Made by a program: the position numbers and the translations under genes
Source: Lancefieldella sp. Marseille-QA0953
Lineage (GTDB): Bacteria > Actinomycetota > Coriobacteriia > Coriobacteriales > JAEZZM01
NCBI GenBank assembly: GCA_965119715.1
Contig: OZ221969.1
Span: forward strand, 739,620-779,619
Direction: 5' to 3'
DNA length: 40,000 nucleotides
The notes under the pieces: model-generated
What the model was told of the DNA's origin: nothing
Databases searched by the model: none
Seen by the model: the letters and a program-made list of their open reading frames with translations, nothing else
Shown: positions 37,939 through 40,000 of the stretch, piece by piece
Layout of the letters: the number at the start of each line of letters is the position of its first letter
How positions within the stretch are numbered: position 1 is the first letter of the stretch

Positions 37939-38997
37939 ATGCAAAATAAATCAGTGTTAGTTGCAATGTCGGGCGGAGTTGACTCTTCTACCACAGCAAA
38001 GTTGCTTAAAGACCAAGGTTATAAGGTTGTTGGCGTAACCATGCGCCTGCATGATGAGCCAAGTTTAGTTGGTAAGGTTGAAAGTGACATTAGCGATGCA
38101 AATAACGTTGCAGACCAGCTTGATTTTGAGTACCACGTATATGACTTGCGTGAGCGTTTTAAGGATATTGTTATCAATAACTTTTGCGATTCTTATTTGC
38201 ATGGCGAGACGCCTAATCCGTGTGTGCTTTGCAATAAGACTATGAAGTTTGGAAGCCTTCATGCTATACGAGAAGAGCTTGGGCTTGAGTATTTAGCAAC
38301 CGGTCACTATACACGTGTTGAGTATGATGAGGAGCGTGGACGCTATCTTTTAAAGGTGGCAAAAGATGACAGAAAAGATCAGTCCTACTTTTTATATCAC
38401 CTCTCTCAAGATGCGCTTGCTCACACTATTTTTCCGCTTGGTGAGATGTCTAAGCCTCATGTGCGTGAGCTTGCAGGAGATGCAGGCCTTGATGTTGCCA
38501 ATAAGGCTGAGAGCCAAGACATCTGCTTTATACCAGGAAATGACTATGCTGCCTATATTGAAAATAAAATGGAAGCAAGTTTTGAGCCAGGTGACATTGT
38601 ATTTGAAGATGGTAAAAAAGTAGGAGAGCACGAAGGTCTTGCTCACTACACTATAGGTCAAAGAAAAGGTATAGGAGTTGCCTGGTCAGAACCTTTATAT
38701 GTGCTTGGTAAAAACCTCGAAAAAAATCAGTTAATTATTGGTCCTAAGTCTGATTTATTGAGTGATATTGTATACGCTGATGATATAAATTTAATTTCTC
38801 AAGAAACTATTGTCGGAGAGATTGAAGTAGAGGTAAAAACTCACTATGGTAAAAGCGCTCAGAAGGCGCGCGCTTCTCTTACAGAGGATAATCGCCTAAA
38901 GGTGGTATTTGATGAGCCTCAAGGTGGTTTTGCTCCTGGACAGGCGCTTGTGATGTATCAGGGTGATATAGTAGTAGGCGGCGGAACAATCCGCTAA
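37939..38997 (+). CDS. mnmA: tRNA-specific 2-thiouridylase (s2U34 synthase)
   Basis: PP-loop VAMSGGVDSS, NPCVLCNKTMKF, ATGHY and KDQSYFL. Confidence 0.95.
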   Translation: MQNKSVLVAMSGGVDSSTTAKLLKDQGYKVVGVTMRLHDEPSLVGKVESDISDANNVADQLDFEYHVYDLRERFKDIVINNFCDSYLHGETPNPCVLCNKTMKFGSLHAIREELGLEYLATGHYTRVEYDEERGRYLLKVAKDDRKDQSYFLYHLSQDALAHTIFPLGEMSKPHVRELAGDAGLDVANKAESQDICFIPGNDYAAYIENKMEASFEPGDIVFEDGKKVGEHEGLAHYTIGQRKGIGVAWSEPLYVLGKNLEKNQLIIGPKSDLLSDIVYADDINLISQETIVGEIEVEVKTHYGKSAQKARASLTEDNRLKVVFDEPQGGFAPGQALVMYQGDIVVGGGTIR

Positions 38998-39024
38998 ATT
39001 AATAGATGCACTAAAGGGGCAAAC

Positions 39025-39357
39025 ATGGGCATTATGGATTTGCTGACTCCAAAGTCTAAAGAAGATATTAATTACTGGGTTGAAGTATTTAAAGAAGATC
39101 CGGGTTCAATATTGATTGATGTAAGACGTACACATGAGTTTGAAGAAGCACATATTCCTGGTGCAACAAGTTTGCCCTTTGACGATATTAAAGAAAAGCA
39201 CCTAGAAGTACTGCCTGACAAAAATCAAAAGATATATATCTACTGTTTAGTGGGCAAACGTTCAGTGCGTGCAAGAGCTGCGTTAGAAGATCTTGGATAC
39301 ACTAATATGCAAGAAATTGGTGGTATCAGGGATTATACGGGCGAGTTAGAAAAATAA
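39025..39357 (+). CDS. single-domain rhodanese-like sulfurtransferase
   Basis: 110 aa with RRTHEFEEAHIPGA and the active-site loop YCLVGKRS. Confidence 0.8.
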   Translation: MGIMDLLTPKSKEDINYWVEVFKEDPGSILIDVRRTHEFEEAHIPGATSLPFDDIKEKHLEVLPDKNQKIYIYCLVGKRSVRARAALEDLGYTNMQEIGGIRDYTGELEK

Positions 39358-39583
39358 GATAACTTTAGTCGGAGCGGTTGATAAAAATTATCACTCATCT
39401 TCGGATAGCATGTATAAGCTATTTAGTGCTTATTATTTTATCGAACAATAGTTTCCAAATAGCCACAAATTTATCATCCAAATTATCCAGGAACTTGTGT
39501 TTCAACATTTCCTGTTTTACATCTTTCGCCAATTGAACTTTGTATCCAAGCGACAATTCAATATTAAATTCCTCACCCCACTT

Positions 39584-40000
39584 TTAAATTTGATTGATTA
39601 ATGGTTGACTTTCATCGTATTCTTGCTCAAAACTAAAATCTCTGTTACTAATTATAAATTCCACAGGGCGTGCCATAATTTCTTTAGGTATAAAATCCTC
39701 TATTTCTGCATTTTGCTTGTTCAATATATCCCCTATGGCAATAATCTTTTCCTGCTGCTCTTGGTAGAGATCTTTCAATAATTTGTTTTTATAATCTTCA
39801 TCAGCTCTGTCGGAATCTAGAATAACAAATGGTAGGCTTTCTTGTTTTCCTGCAACTATAGAAGTTAATTGTTTTACAGACTTTACACCTCCAGCAGGCA
39901 TGAAGATGATTTCTCGATTTGGACTAATCTTCTGAGTGGCAATAAGATATTGTTTTATTGAATTAAGGTAATATTGATCTGATGTTCCCTCGACAATTAC
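39584..40000 (-). CDS. OLD-family-like nuclease, C-terminal TOPRIM region; N-terminus lies beyond the window and the gene is possibly truncated by an in-frame TAA
   Basis: The minus-strand frame is open to nt 40000. It reads VIVEGTSDQYYL (TOPRIM Glu motif) ... FMPAGGVKS ... FVILDSDRADE (DxD motif). The TAA at 39586-39584 is followed by 54 more open codons in the same frame, down to the TAG at 39421-39419. Confidence 0.5.
   Translation of the reverse strand, partial: VIVEGTSDQYYLNSIKQYLIATQKISPNREIIFMPAGGVKSVKQLTSIVAGKQESLPFVILDSDRADEDYKNKLLKDLYQEQQEKIIAIGDILNKQNAEIEDFIPKEIMARPVEFIISNRDFSFEQEYDESQPLINQI

Noticed and set aside
37817-37966. A 50-codon N-terminal extension of the nitroreductase ORF (track start at 37966)
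   Set aside because: The extension (MQLTLIYFAYINTPIQ...) has no similarity to NfsA-type N-termini and would overlap the divergent mnmA start at 37939. An in-frame GTG with a ribosome-binding site at 37816 gives a normal-length protein.
1-40000. CRISPR arrays, IS elements, integrases, long direct or inverted repeats
   Set aside because: I saw no periodic repeat-spacer pattern, no transposase- or integrase-like ORF and no long repeated block while reading the window. The tRNA pair at 35790-35975 has no adjacent integrase or compositional break.

Overview
Mostly chromosomal core metabolism on both strands; I see no IS element, integrase or CRISPR array. The compact operons, GGAGG-type ribosome-binding sites, murI-rph-rdgB synteny and split gcvPA/gcvPB suggest a moderately AT-rich Gram-positive-type genome, possibly Actinomycetota or Coriobacteriia-like, but taxonomy cannot be settled from this window. 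The dominant feature (5518-20682, + strand) is a complete Hyf-type (hydrogenase-4 / FHL-2) formate hydrogenlyase locus: a hydN-like ferredoxin, fdhF with an in-frame UGA selenocysteine codon and a SECIS-like hairpin (the ORF track splits this gene in two), hyfABCDEFGHIJ, hycI and focA. The other blocks are: a crotonase fragment and a MaoC dehydratase; an AraC regulator divergent from an ECF-type transporter operon with at least five inactivating lesions (2021-4744); a GNAT gene; a membrane-anchored C39-like peptidase; a URO-D-like ORF coupled to murI-rph-rdgB; dtd; a full glycine cleavage operon gcvT-gcvH-gcvPA-gcvPB-lplA-lpd; a YxjG/MetE-like plus DUF364 pair; tRNA-Lys(CTT) and tRNA-His(GTG); panE and an NfsA-like nitroreductase; and mnmA plus a rhodanese. 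The last ~640 nt switch to clearly more AT-rich DNA. They encode the C-terminal TOPRIM part of an OLD-family-like nuclease that runs off the window and carries an in-frame TAA. I did not find a convincingly novel multi-gene system. The candidates most worth follow-up are the truncated AT-rich nuclease locus at the right edge, the decayed ECF operon, the Sec-dependent FHL-2 locus with its unexplained regulatory and intercistronic structures, and the YxjG-like/DUF364 pair.
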